From Candidatus Saccharimonadota bacterium (GTDB lineage Bacteria; Patescibacteriota; Saccharimonadia; Saccharimonadales; Saccharimonadaceae), in the NCBI GenBank assembly GCA_017437945.1, contig JAFRWP010000002.1, positions 1,272-65,271 on the forward strand: a stretch of DNA of 64,000 nt, in the 5' to 3' direction. This document shows, piece after piece, positions 54,819 through 63,999 of the stretch (position 1 is its first letter; every line of letters begins with the position of its first letter). The notes beneath the pieces were generated by a model that made no database searches, had not been told where the DNA came from, and saw only the letters and a program-made list of their open reading frames with translations. Position numbers and translations under genes: made by a program.

Positions 54819-55319
54819 ATGAAAATGGATTTTGCTAATTTTAACTTTGCGCCGTTTATCGTCTTTATCGTCCTCGGTCTAATATTGGTCATAGCGATTG
54901 AAAAAATCGGCAGTTCGGCTGCCGGTGGCGGCGGAGGTAGCACGCATTTTGGTGGTGGCAGCAGTGAAGACAAAGATGCCGCAGAAAATCTCGTCCAATT
55001 TGTTTCGAACAAAACCGCAAACGTCACTAATGCCGCTCGCAATCGTCGTCAGCGCGAAAGTTCTCAGCGTAACCTTATTCGCCAAATTAAAATCGCTGGC
55101 TTAATTGCCGGCTTTGGTATTATTGTGGCCTTGTCGTCATTATTTGGACTGTTTGACGCCGCCGGTCAAGAAATCGATAGTGATAATGTAATTACAATAA
55201 TCCTTCCTGCTGCCGGTCTAATTATGGGTATCGTATTTTCAATCGCGTTCTCCATTCGATTCTTCCAGCTCAAGCATACCTATGAGCTCTACTATGGTTC
55301 CATTATAGGCAAGAAATAA
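54819..55319 (+). CDS. hypothetical membrane protein with a Gly-rich linker
   Basis: It has 3 TM segments and a GSSAAGGGGGSTHFGGGSS loop. Confidence 0.5.
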   Translation: MKMDFANFNFAPFIVFIVLGLILVIAIEKIGSSAAGGGGGSTHFGGGSSEDKDAAENLVQFVSNKTANVTNAARNRRQRESSQRNLIRQIKIAGLIAGFGIIVALSSLFGLFDAAGQEIDSDNVITIILPAAGLIMGIVFSIAFSIRFFQLKHTYELYYGSIIGKK

Positions 55320-55343
55320 TGCTATACTTATATCATAAATAGT

Positions 55344-55826
55344 ATGAAGGCGGTGCTTAATCGAAGGATAATCTGTCTACAAACGCTGTTTGTCTCGACG
55401 GGGCTAGTTTTTGCGACTGCTACAATTCTTTTTTCGATTGCACATTTTGAATCACCAGATGAATATTTCTCGAGTTTTTCTGGCTCTGTTTGGGACATTA
55501 TCGCCGCGCTGACGCCGATTTTTACTGGCTTAATGGCGTTAATTTATCTCGTGCCAATGTTTATTGGTTTTACCTTGTCAAAATTTTCAGCGCAACTATT
55601 CGAATTCCTATCGTTCATCAGTCGCGCATCCATCTATTTTCCGCTCGCGCCAGGAATAATCCTGTTGGTCGTCTATTTGGTCTGCGCAATGGTGTTTGAT
55701 TCGAATCTGCTCCTACCTGCGAGCGCAAACCTAGAAGACATCTGCGCATATATTTTTACAATTCTGTTATATGTGGCAGCAATATTGATGTTTATTTCCT
55801 TCAAGCTCGCGCGAAAACTGAGATAA
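55344..55826 (+). CDS. hypothetical polytopic membrane protein
   Basis: 160 aa with about 5 TM helices. Confidence 0.5.
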   Translation: MKAVLNRRIICLQTLFVSTGLVFATATILFSIAHFESPDEYFSSFSGSVWDIIAALTPIFTGLMALIYLVPMFIGFTLSKFSAQLFEFLSFISRASIYFPLAPGIILLVVYLVCAMVFDSNLLLPASANLEDICAYIFTILLYVAAILMFISFKLARKLR

Positions 55827-55853
55827 AAAATAACGCCCCTCGGGGCGTTATTT
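55825..55853. terminator. bidirectional intrinsic terminator
   Basis: AAAAAATAACGCCCC-TC-GGGGCGTTATTT. Confidence 0.8.
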
Positions 55854-55862
55854 AAAAGTTAT

Positions 55863-56327
55863 TTATTTGAGTGAGATAAGAACTTTTAGAAGCGCATCGA
55901 TTAAGTTGTTCTTGCGCAATAATTCGCTTTGAAGCTTGAAGATTTCGCGGGAACTATCATCAATTTCATCTTCGGAACCGTTCTCGATGTGCTGATCCTG
56001 AAGCTTATCAATGCGAAGAATGATACCATTGCGCTCTTTGCGGACGTTGATTAAGCGTTCGCGAGTTTCATTGAAGTAACCTTCATATTCTTGGTTATTC
56101 TCTGGAGCTGGTGCCGGTGCAGGTGCCGGAGCTGGTGCTGGAGCATCTTCCTGTGGCATTGCTGGTGGCATGTCGCCAGCGGCATCATTATTTGGTAGTG
56201 GGCTAGGGAAGCCTTCAGGATTATTGCGTTCTGGAGCTTCCTGCTCAGCATTATTGCCGTCACCATCAAAGAAACGCTGATGTGGATGCGGCGTATTGTC
56301 TTGACTCATTGGATTAAATTGATTCAT
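55863..56327 (-). CDS. hypothetical protein with a Pro-rich N-half, an (AP)7 repeat and a C-terminal coiled coil
   Basis: The APAPAPAPAPAPAP stretch is encoded at 56104-56145. Confidence 0.55.
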   Translation of the reverse strand: MNQFNPMSQDNTPHPHQRFFDGDGNNAEQEAPERNNPEGFPSPLPNNDAAGDMPPAMPQEDAPAPAPAPAPAPAPENNQEYEGYFNETRERLINVRKERNGIILRIDKLQDQHIENGSEDEIDDSSREIFKLQSELLRKNNLIDALLKVLISLK

Positions 56328-56391
56328 TTCTCACCCTTTTATGATTTTGTCTGCTATAATTTTAACATAAGTTAAATGAGAATTGGAAAAA

Positions 56392-56943
56392 ATGGCGGGC
56401 AAAAAAGCTAAAAAACGCGAAAAAACTGCAGTTTTAAGAGTACACAAAAACGAAAAAATCGCACACAATCTTCGTATGACTGGTATTGTAATGATGATTG
56501 CCAGCACTTTTATGATTACTGTGCCATTTATGTATCGTGGTATATACAACTTTGTAGCAAACAATACTGACATGCCACGCGTTAACGGGGCTATCACTGG
56601 CGGTATCATGGCAGGTGTATTATTTGCGCTCGTCTACTGTTTGCTTGGCTTATACGTATTTAAAGCGGGCGAAGAAGGTACTTTTATCACGAAAGGTTTG
56701 ACCGTTATTAATAACGCCATTGTAGTTTTAGCTGTCATTGCTGCAATTTTTATGTTCCTGCCAATCCCAGATCAAACGTTTGCTTACGCCATGGATCTCT
56801 TCACTCATCCATCGATTAAGATTCCTACCGGAATTATTCCTATGGGTATTCTTACGCTAGTTGATATGGCCTGTATTATTGGCCTCACTGGCGCGGTGGC
56901 TGTTATAGATGACATTTGCGTCTTCAAAAAGGGCAAGAAATAA
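56392..56943 (+). CDS. hypothetical polytopic membrane protein
   Basis: The basic N-terminus MAGKKAKKREK is followed by about 5 TM helices. A TGCTATAAT box lies at 56352-56360. Confidence 0.5.
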   Translation: MAGKKAKKREKTAVLRVHKNEKIAHNLRMTGIVMMIASTFMITVPFMYRGIYNFVANNTDMPRVNGAITGGIMAGVLFALVYCLLGLYVFKAGEEGTFITKGLTVINNAIVVLAVIAAIFMFLPIPDQTFAYAMDLFTHPSIKIPTGIIPMGILTLVDMACIIGLTGAVAVIDDICVFKKGKK

Positions 56944-56952
56944 TTAGCATTT

Positions 56953-56981
56953 AAAAAGTCTCCACATCATGGAGACTTTTT
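56953..56981. terminator. bidirectional intrinsic terminator
   Basis: AAAAAGTCTCC-ACATCAT-GGAGACTTTTT. Confidence 0.85.
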
Positions 56982-56995
56982 GTCGCACAAAAAAA

Positions 56996-57071
56996 TGGCA
57001 GGGGCGGCAAGACTCGAACTCGCGACACCTGGTTTTGGAGACCAGTGCTCTACCAACTGAGCTACGCCCCT
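56996..57071 (-). tRNA. tRNA-Trp (anticodon CCA), 76 nt with encoded 3' CCA
   Basis: The minus-strand sequence AGGGGCGTAGCTCAGTTGGTAGAGCACTGGTCTCCAAAACCAGGTGTCGCGAGTTCGAGTCTTGCCGCCCCTGCCA folds as a cloverleaf. The acceptor stem has 7 bp and the anticodon loop is CTCCAAA. Confidence 0.95.
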
Positions 57072-57121
57072 ACGGCTCCGCTTATTATAACATATTCGCC
57101 TTCATGTTAAAATAAAGGAGT

Positions 57122-58105
57122 ATGTACGAAAAATTCACAGATTTTATTAAAGACAAACAGAGTATTTGCGTAATTCAGGCCGAAAACCCAGACGGCGACT
57201 CTCTCGGCGCTGCGCTCGCACTTGAGGAGGCTCTCGCTGGAAAGGATGTCCAGCTTTATTGTCCGGTTGATATTCCTAAATATATGCACTACTTCGAAGG
57301 ATGGAGCAGGGTAGAGATAGAATTTCCGTATCGTGCCGATGGATATATTATTGTCGATACGGCCAGTTCGACGCTGCTATCCAAGCTCTTGGATGACGGC
57401 GCAATCCGCAATTGCCTCTATTCTGCTCCAGTGCTCGTCATTGACCATCATGAGACTGAGGCTGACTTGGATTTCAGCTATGACAGTATTATAGAGACGA
57501 CATCGAGCTGCTGCTCACTATTGTATAAGATTTTTAAAGATCAAAATGTTGAAATTAGTCCACTTTGCGCCGAGAATCTTGTCTACGGTATCTTTTCCGA
57601 TACGCTTGGCTTAGTTTCTCCAAGCACGACTCCTGATGATTATCTTGCGGTAGCGGATTTGATGAATAGGGGCGCTCAAATCGCCGACATGGAAGAGCGT
57701 CGTCGCGAGTATATGAAGAAATCTCCGCGCATTCTTGACTACAAGGCTGATCTCATCAAGCGCATTGAGTATCATCTTGATGGAAAGCTTGCTACCGTAC
57801 ATATCCCTTTTGAAGATATTCAAGAATTCTCCGATGAATACAACCCGAACGTCTTGATTTTGGAAGAACTACGCCTAGTAGAAGGAGTTGAAGTTGCGGT
57901 TGCCATTAAAACTTACCCAGACGGCAAACTTACAGGCAAAATTCGCGCTAGCCAACCGATTGCGGACCAAGTTGCAGGCTATTTTGGCGGTGGCGGCCAT
58001 CCTTATGCGGCCGGTTTTCGTACCTATGATACGACTTATGAGGAAGCTGTGAATGATTTAATTGGCGCAACTATGGATGCGCTCGATAATATTCCGCAAA
58101 ATTAG
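57122..58105 (+). CDS. nrnA: DHH/DHHA1 phosphoesterase, NrnA-like nanoRNase/pAp phosphatase
   Basis: NPDGDSLGAALAL, VIDHHET (the DHH motif) and GGGGHPYAAGF (the DHHA1 GGGH motif) are present. Confidence 0.8.
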   Translation: MYEKFTDFIKDKQSICVIQAENPDGDSLGAALALEEALAGKDVQLYCPVDIPKYMHYFEGWSRVEIEFPYRADGYIIVDTASSTLLSKLLDDGAIRNCLYSAPVLVIDHHETEADLDFSYDSIIETTSSCCSLLYKIFKDQNVEISPLCAENLVYGIFSDTLGLVSPSTTPDDYLAVADLMNRGAQIADMEERRREYMKKSPRILDYKADLIKRIEYHLDGKLATVHIPFEDIQEFSDEYNPNVLILEELRLVEGVEVAVAIKTYPDGKLTGKIRASQPIADQVAGYFGGGGHPYAAGFRTYDTTYEEAVNDLIGATMDALDNIPQN

Positions 58106-58129
58106 TTAAGCTTATGCTAAAATATAGTC

Positions 58130-59077
58130 ATGCACATGCATGGGTTGGGCGTAAGCACCGAAAAAATAAAAAACCAAATTGATTTCTGCGACTATCTTTC
58201 GGTTGCTCAGATTTTTTTGAAAGATAATTTTTTACTTTCTCGCCCTCTTAGTTTTTCTGATATAAAACCGCGTCTTCTTGGTCACTGGGGCTCATGCCCG
58301 GGCATTAATATTGCCTACGCCAACATCAAAGCGCGTTTTCCGGTAGCTGATTTTATCCTCGGACCAGGCCATGGATTCCCGGCCCTTCAGGCTAACCTTT
58401 TCTATGACGGCACACTTTTGGAGCATTATCCAGATGCAACTCCGAATCTTCATGGTATCGAATATATCTGTAAGAATTTCTCTTGGCCATATGGTTTTCC
58501 ATCCCATTCCAATCCGGCAACCCCAGGCGTAATAGCCGAGGGCGGTGAGCTTGGCTATTCTTTGGCCAGCGCGTATGGCGTTGCGCTTGGTCGTCCAGAG
58601 CGCACAGTAGCTGTCTTGATTGGTGACGGCGAGCTTGAGACCGCGACAGCGCTAGCCAGCTTGAATCTCAATAGACTACTTAATTCCGAAAACAACGGTT
58701 GGGTTATTCCGATTTTGCACCTAAATGGTTACAAAATTTCTGCACCAACAATCTACGGTCGTAGCAGTGAGCGCGAGCTTCTTCAGATGTTTCGCGGCTT
58801 TGGCTTTAATCCGATTATTGTCGACGGTACCCGCACGGATGAATTCCAGCTTGCACTAGCAAATATTGATCGAAATAGTTTCATTATTATGAAAACGCCA
58901 AAAGGATATGGCTGTCCGCCAGAGCTTGATGGAATTAAGCTTGAAGGCAACTGCGCGTCACATCAAGTTCCACTGCCGAAGGCAAAAACCGACGAGAAAC
59001 AGCTAAAGATGCTAGAAGAATGGTTAAAATCATATAACTTTAAGGAGCTCTACGATGAATTTACCAAACGCGGTTGA
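58130..59077 (+). CDS. xfp: xylulose-5-P/fructose-6-P phosphoketolase, N-terminal (XFP_N, TPP-binding) segment
   Basis: KPRLLGHWGSCPG, GPGHGFPA, EGGELGYSL, IGDGELETA and ILHLNGYKI match Xfp blocks. The frame ends at 59077, inside the natural inter-domain linker. Confidence 0.8.
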   Translation: MHMHGLGVSTEKIKNQIDFCDYLSVAQIFLKDNFLLSRPLSFSDIKPRLLGHWGSCPGINIAYANIKARFPVADFILGPGHGFPALQANLFYDGTLLEHYPDATPNLHGIEYICKNFSWPYGFPSHSNPATPGVIAEGGELGYSLASAYGVALGRPERTVAVLIGDGELETATALASLNLNRLLNSENNGWVIPILHLNGYKISAPTIYGRSSERELLQMFRGFGFNPIIVDGTRTDEFQLALANIDRNSFIIMKTPKGYGCPPELDGIKLEGNCASHQVPLPKAKTDEKQLKMLEEWLKSYNFKELYDEFTKRG

Positions 59078-60230
59078 AAATCCAGGTTCAGAAAAATACT
59101 CCCTCGCTAAAGTATTCGGCGAAGCTCTCCGCAATGAAATGCGTGCGCATGATGATTTTTATTTCTTTTCGCCAGACGAAACAACTTCTAATCGGCTAGC
59201 AGCGGTTTATGAGACAACGGACCGGGCTTGGATACGTAAAACTGAACCGTGGGATAAAAATCTTGCTCCAGATGGCCGCGTCGTCGAATTACTTTCCGAA
59301 AATACCCTGTTTGCCGTAATGGCTGCGCATATTTTGAGCGGCGGGCGCGGTTGTATGACCTCGTACGAATCGTTTTTGCCCGTGGTCTCATCGCAATTTG
59401 ACCAGCACCTTAAATTCCTCAAGCAGAGCAAGGAAGTCGAGTGGCGCCCGCGCGTCAATGCCCTGAATATACTTTCTACTTCTTGTTGGGAGCGCCAGGA
59501 TCATAATGGTTATACGCATCAGAATCCTTCAATTATTTCCAGCTTGCTGGCAAAACCATCAAATTTGGCGAACTGTTTATTCCCAGTCGATGATGTAGCT
59601 GCAGCTGCCGCGTGGGAATTTATGACCCGCACAAAAGATGTTGTAAATCTTACAACGTTTAATAAGATTGAACAGCCGCGCTGGATCGACATTAACCATG
59701 CTAGATTCCAACTTACGAATGGTGGTGCCTCTATCTTTGGCTTCGCTTCTGATGATAACCCAGAAGTAGTCGTAGCCGCTGCCGGCGATATTCAAACGAA
59801 TGAAGCTATCGAGGCCATTCGTTTAGCTAAGCAGCTCGCTCCAGATCCCCGTATTCGTTTCGTGGGCATTGCCGCCCTCTCTTATGGCGCAATCGGCACC
59901 ACGGAAAATAAACTCAAACCAAGCGACTTTAACGATTATTTCACGACCGACAAACCGATCATTATTAATTTCCATGGTTATGCTGAAACTATGCGCGCAA
60001 TTATGTATCATTATGCTGACCCCCGCCGCGTCGATGTTCATGGTTACGACGATCAAGGCTCGACCACGACGCCACTAGACGAGCTCGCACGCAACCGCTG
60101 CTCCCGCTATGACCTTGCAAACAATATCCTTGAGCGCGCCGGCCGCTACGACTTTGCTCATTTCTTTGAAGACAAATTGCTTGAAAATGCCCACTATGCC
60201 AACATGTATGGCGTAGACAATAATCTCTAG
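59055..60230 (+). CDS. xfp: phosphoketolase, central + C-terminal segment (separate frame)
   Basis: FSPDETTSNRL, SYESFLPVV, QDHNGYTHQNP and HGYDDQGSTTTP match Xfp blocks. The ATG is preceded by AAGGAG with 7-nt spacing, and the gene overlaps the previous frame by 23 nt. Confidence 0.8.
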   Translation: MNLPNAVENPGSEKYSLAKVFGEALRNEMRAHDDFYFFSPDETTSNRLAAVYETTDRAWIRKTEPWDKNLAPDGRVVELLSENTLFAVMAAHILSGGRGCMTSYESFLPVVSSQFDQHLKFLKQSKEVEWRPRVNALNILSTSCWERQDHNGYTHQNPSIISSLLAKPSNLANCLFPVDDVAAAAAWEFMTRTKDVVNLTTFNKIEQPRWIDINHARFQLTNGGASIFGFASDDNPEVVVAAAGDIQTNEAIEAIRLAKQLAPDPRIRFVGIAALSYGAIGTTENKLKPSDFNDYFTTDKPIIINFHGYAETMRAIMYHYADPRRVDVHGYDDQGSTTTPLDELARNRCSRYDLANNILERAGRYDFAHFFEDKLLENAHYANMYGVDNNL

Positions 60231-60264
60231 AGACAAAGCCCTTCTAAGGTGTTATAATGCTCTC

Positions 60265-61452
60265 ATGAGCAAATTAATTCTTATTACGAACCCAGGTAGC
60301 GCCAGCCGCAAATACGCCCTTTATGACGGCGAAGAACTTATGGCGCAGTTCCACTTTGAGTACGAAGGCAAAAGTGTTGTCTGTACTATTAATGATGTCG
60401 ATGATGGTAAAAAGAAAATTAAGCCAGGCATTAAAGATCTAAATGAAGCTATCCGTATTTTGCCGAAAATTCTTGCCGACGAGCAATATGTCACTGGTCA
60501 GCATAAGCTTGCAGCTGTAGTTGTTCGTATTGTTGCTCCAGGCGATTACTTTACTGAAGATCATATTGTGGATGAAGAATACATGAAGCAATTGAAGATT
60601 GCCGAAAAACGCAATCCTGTCCACGTTCCAACCACTGCCAATGAAATCCGCGGTATTCGCGAATGTTTCAAAGACGTTAAAATTATTTCCGTTTCTGACT
60701 CCGCTTTCCACTGGGAAAAGCCAGATACCTACAAATATTACAGCTTCGATACTGAGCTCGCTGATGAATTTGAAATCAAGCGCTACGGTTTCCATGGCCT
60801 AAGCTATGCTTTCATCTCTCGCTATATGAAAGAGCAGGGCATCCTTCCAGAAAAGCTTGTTGCCATGCACCTTGGTTCTGGTTCTAGCGTTTCTGCTATT
60901 TTGAATGGTAAAGCTATGGATAACTCCATGGGCTACACCCCACTTGAAGGCCTTGCCATGAGCACCCGCGTTGGTACCATTGATGCCGCCGCAGCACTTA
61001 GCCTCAAGAAAGCCCTCAAGATTACTACCGATGAAGAATTTTTGCTCTATCTCAACAAAAAATGCGGTCTCCTTGGTCTTTCTGGTGTATCCGATGATAT
61101 GCGCGAAGTAATCAAGGCTCGCGATGAGGGTAATCTCCGTGCCGCAACCGCACACTCTATCTTCGTCTATCGCATCCAGAGCTATGTTGGCCAAATGGCT
61201 GCTACGCTCGGCGGCGTCGACGCCTTAGTTTTCGCCGGCACTATCGGCGAGCGCTCCGAAGAAATTCGTCGCTTTGTTGCCCAGAAGATGGGTTACCTTG
61301 GTTTTCGTCTTGATGAAGAGAAGAATGCTAACCCGGAGTTTACTGGTCGCCATGCGCTTATCTCCGCTACGGACAGTAAGCCAATTTACATTGTCTTCAC
61401 TGACGAGACCGCACAGATGATCTATCGTGCACAGAAATTCTTAGAAGAATAA
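60265..61452 (+). CDS. ackA: acetate kinase
   Basis: ILITNPGSASRKYAL, RYGFHGLSY and FAGTIGERS are acetate kinase motifs. A TGTTATAAT box lies 6 nt before the ATG. Confidence 0.93.
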   Translation: MSKLILITNPGSASRKYALYDGEELMAQFHFEYEGKSVVCTINDVDDGKKKIKPGIKDLNEAIRILPKILADEQYVTGQHKLAAVVVRIVAPGDYFTEDHIVDEEYMKQLKIAEKRNPVHVPTTANEIRGIRECFKDVKIISVSDSAFHWEKPDTYKYYSFDTELADEFEIKRYGFHGLSYAFISRYMKEQGILPEKLVAMHLGSGSSVSAILNGKAMDNSMGYTPLEGLAMSTRVGTIDAAAALSLKKALKITTDEEFLLYLNKKCGLLGLSGVSDDMREVIKARDEGNLRAATAHSIFVYRIQSYVGQMAATLGGVDALVFAGTIGERSEEIRRFVAQKMGYLGFRLDEEKNANPEFTGRHALISATDSKPIYIVFTDETAQMIYRAQKFLEE

Positions 61453-61465
61453 AAAACGTAAAGAG

Positions 61466-61488
61466 GAGCCCCACTGGGGCTCTTTTTT
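61466..61488 (+). terminator. intrinsic terminator after ackA
   Basis: GAGCCCC-ACT-GGGGCTC followed by TTTTTT. Confidence 0.85.
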
Positions 61489-61502
61489 GCTACACTAATT
61501 AT

Positions 61503-63884
61503 ATGGAGAGATTTTTTGATTATTTCACGCCGACGCACTATGATCTCGATTTAAAAATCGATGATGCGAAAACAAAGATCAATGGTGTAGTCGTAATTAA
61601 CGGCGAAGCTAAGACTGAAACTATTAAGCTTCACGCGGTCCGAATGGATATCAAATCCGTTTACCTTGACGGCGCTAAGTTTGAAAGTTTTACGCATGCT
61701 GATGTGGTATTGGCTCTAAAAGGTGTTTCTGTTGCCACGCACGAGATAAAAATCAAGTTTGTCTCTCAAATTAAACCGGACATGGAAGGTGCCTACCTTT
61801 CAACCTATGAGCATGACGGTGAAACGGAAAAGATGGTGGTTACCCAATTTGAGTCGCATTATGCTCGCGAATGTTTCCCGTGTGTCGATGAACCAATTGC
61901 GAAAGCAACCTTCTCTCTAAAACTGACCTCGATAGAAGAAGATACGCTTCTTTCGAATATGCCCGCGACCTTTACGACCGCCCAGGAAGGGCATAAAACG
62001 GTTGAATTTGCTGAAACTCCGCGCATGTCTACATACTTGCTCGCTTTTGTGGCTGGTAAGTTCTGCGCAAAGCGCACAGTCTCTCAGCACGGCGTAAAGA
62101 TAGCGGTATATGCTGGGCTAAATCAAAATATAAATGATCTTGATTACGCCGCCCAATTTGCGGCCGATGTGCTAGATTTTTACGACGATTGCTTCAAGAC
62201 TCCATTTCCGTTACCGAAAATGGACCTCGTAGCAGTGCCAGATTTTGAAGCTGGCGCTATGGAAAACTGGGGCCTCGTTACATTCCGCGAAATTGCACTT
62301 CTTGCCAACGAAAAATCATCGCTCGATACGAAGCAATATGTTGCCATCGTAATAGCGCACGAACTATCTCATATGTGGTTCGGTGATCTCGTTACAATGG
62401 CCTGGTGGGACGACCTTTGGCTCAATGAATCGTTCGCGAACATGATGGAAGTATATTCTACCGATAAAATTCGGCCAGAATTACGCGCCTGGGAAGATTT
62501 CTATCTCACGTCTATCGGCAGTTCTATCTCGCGCGATAGTTTGCCGGGCATTCAGCCGGTCCGCGTCGACGTAGCTAGCGTAGAGGATATTGCTAATCTA
62601 TTTGATGGTGCCATTGTATATGGGAAAGGCGCGCATCTTCTCCTAATGCTGATGCGTACGATTGGCGAAGAGGCTTTCTTCGCCGGTCTTGCCGATTATT
62701 TCGAAAAGCATAAATACGGCAACACGACTGCCGATGATCTTTGGAATGCGCTCACGCCGCATACTAGTTTTGACGTTAAGAAATTTATGACGCCATGGCT
62801 CACTCAATCCGGATTCCCGGTCGTTACTACGAACTTAAAGCAGCAACGTTTTTTGGTTACCGGCGAAACGGACGATACGAAATACCCGATTCGAGAGCTG
62901 CGTACGGATCTTTCTGGCCACTATATTATTAATTACACCGATGCCGAGCTGAATGAACAAATCAAAATAATCCGCACGATGAATAAAGAACAGAAACTGC
63001 GCCTGCTGATGGATCGTCGCATGTTGGCTAAAACCAACTATGTCGATTCTGCTTCGCTTTTGCCGCTTGTCAACGGCTTTAAAGATGAAACCGATTCTGC
63101 CGTTTGGGAGATTATCTCTGCCATCATTGCTGATTTAAAGATATTCTTCGATCAAAAAACCGAAGAGAAGAGCGAGTTTCAATCATTTGTCACCAAGCTC
63201 GCCATGCCGAATTATCGCCGATTAGGCCCAGTTGCGAAGCCGGATGATACTTATGACGATATTCAGCTTCGGTCGACCATCCTTGGCATGTTGCTATATG
63301 CCGATGATGAAGGCTATAAAAACGATATTAATAATATATATAAAGGCAAAAATATTGTTAATGTTGATGCCAACCTTCGTTGGGTGGTTGGCGCTACGCT
63401 GGTGCGCCAGTTTGCCGATATCGCCGCTAAATATTTCAAGATCTATCAAGAAACCCCAGATGCCGCTCTAAAGCGTGACCTTACGGACGCTATCACTAAT
63501 CTTCATGAGCATGACGTGGCCATAAAGTACCTCGAACATCTCAAAGATGGCACGATTCGCCCACAGGATCGCCTCATCTTCTTCCTCCGTCTTTTCCGAA
63601 ACCATATTATTAAAGACGAAGTATTGGATTGGATGTGTGCCAACTGGGATTGGCTTCGTCAAGAAGAAGGGGATAAGACCATCTCGGAATATCCGCGTTA
63701 TGTAGCTAACCTTATTCGCCGCCCAAATGAGGCAGAGAAGTATAAATCATTCTTCAATAAGTATCGCCATGAAACCATTCTTTCTCGCGATATTGCGGTT
63801 GGCATCTCCGAAATTGATGCCCGCATGAAGCTTATCGAAACCGATCGTCCGGGCGTATTCGCTATTCTGAAAACCTTATGCTAA
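61503..63884 (+). CDS. pepN: M1-family aminopeptidase N
   Basis: GAMENWG and HELSHMWFGDLVTMAWWDDLWLNESFA (HExxH-18-E) are present. Length 793 aa. Confidence 0.92.
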   Translation: MERFFDYFTPTHYDLDLKIDDAKTKINGVVVINGEAKTETIKLHAVRMDIKSVYLDGAKFESFTHADVVLALKGVSVATHEIKIKFVSQIKPDMEGAYLSTYEHDGETEKMVVTQFESHYARECFPCVDEPIAKATFSLKLTSIEEDTLLSNMPATFTTAQEGHKTVEFAETPRMSTYLLAFVAGKFCAKRTVSQHGVKIAVYAGLNQNINDLDYAAQFAADVLDFYDDCFKTPFPLPKMDLVAVPDFEAGAMENWGLVTFREIALLANEKSSLDTKQYVAIVIAHELSHMWFGDLVTMAWWDDLWLNESFANMMEVYSTDKIRPELRAWEDFYLTSIGSSISRDSLPGIQPVRVDVASVEDIANLFDGAIVYGKGAHLLLMLMRTIGEEAFFAGLADYFEKHKYGNTTADDLWNALTPHTSFDVKKFMTPWLTQSGFPVVTTNLKQQRFLVTGETDDTKYPIRELRTDLSGHYIINYTDAELNEQIKIIRTMNKEQKLRLLMDRRMLAKTNYVDSASLLPLVNGFKDETDSAVWEIISAIIADLKIFFDQKTEEKSEFQSFVTKLAMPNYRRLGPVAKPDDTYDDIQLRSTILGMLLYADDEGYKNDINNIYKGKNIVNVDANLRWVVGATLVRQFADIAAKYFKIYQETPDAALKRDLTDAITNLHEHDVAIKYLEHLKDGTIRPQDRLIFFLRLFRNHIIKDEVLDWMCANWDWLRQEEGDKTISEYPRYVANLIRRPNEAEKYKSFFNKYRHETILSRDIAVGISEIDARMKLIETDRPGVFAILKTLC

Positions 63885-63945
63885 TATATAGATATAAACC
63901 ATATTTATATATAAATATGCCGTCTTTTTTGAGTTATTTACCCCT

Positions 63946-63999
63946 AAAAACCCCAAAATCTTCAAAAAAAGTCAAAAATCTTTCAAAAAACCCTTGCAT
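63946..63999 (+). promoter_or_regulatory. five phased A-tracts ending in a -35-like TTGCAT at the window edge (possible UP-element/curved DNA of a strong promoter)
   Basis: A-tracts start at 63946, 63955, 63964, 63974 and 63985, with a mean spacing of about 10 bp. TTGCAT lies at 63994-63999. The downstream gene is outside the window. Confidence 0.3.

Noticed and set aside
56996-57071. Possible alternative genetic code (UGA sense), as in some CPR lineages.
   Set aside because: tRNA-Trp has anticodon CCA, which reads only UGG. Many conserved genes here terminate at TGA at the expected length (for example the ATGA junctions). No conserved gene is broken by in-frame TGA.
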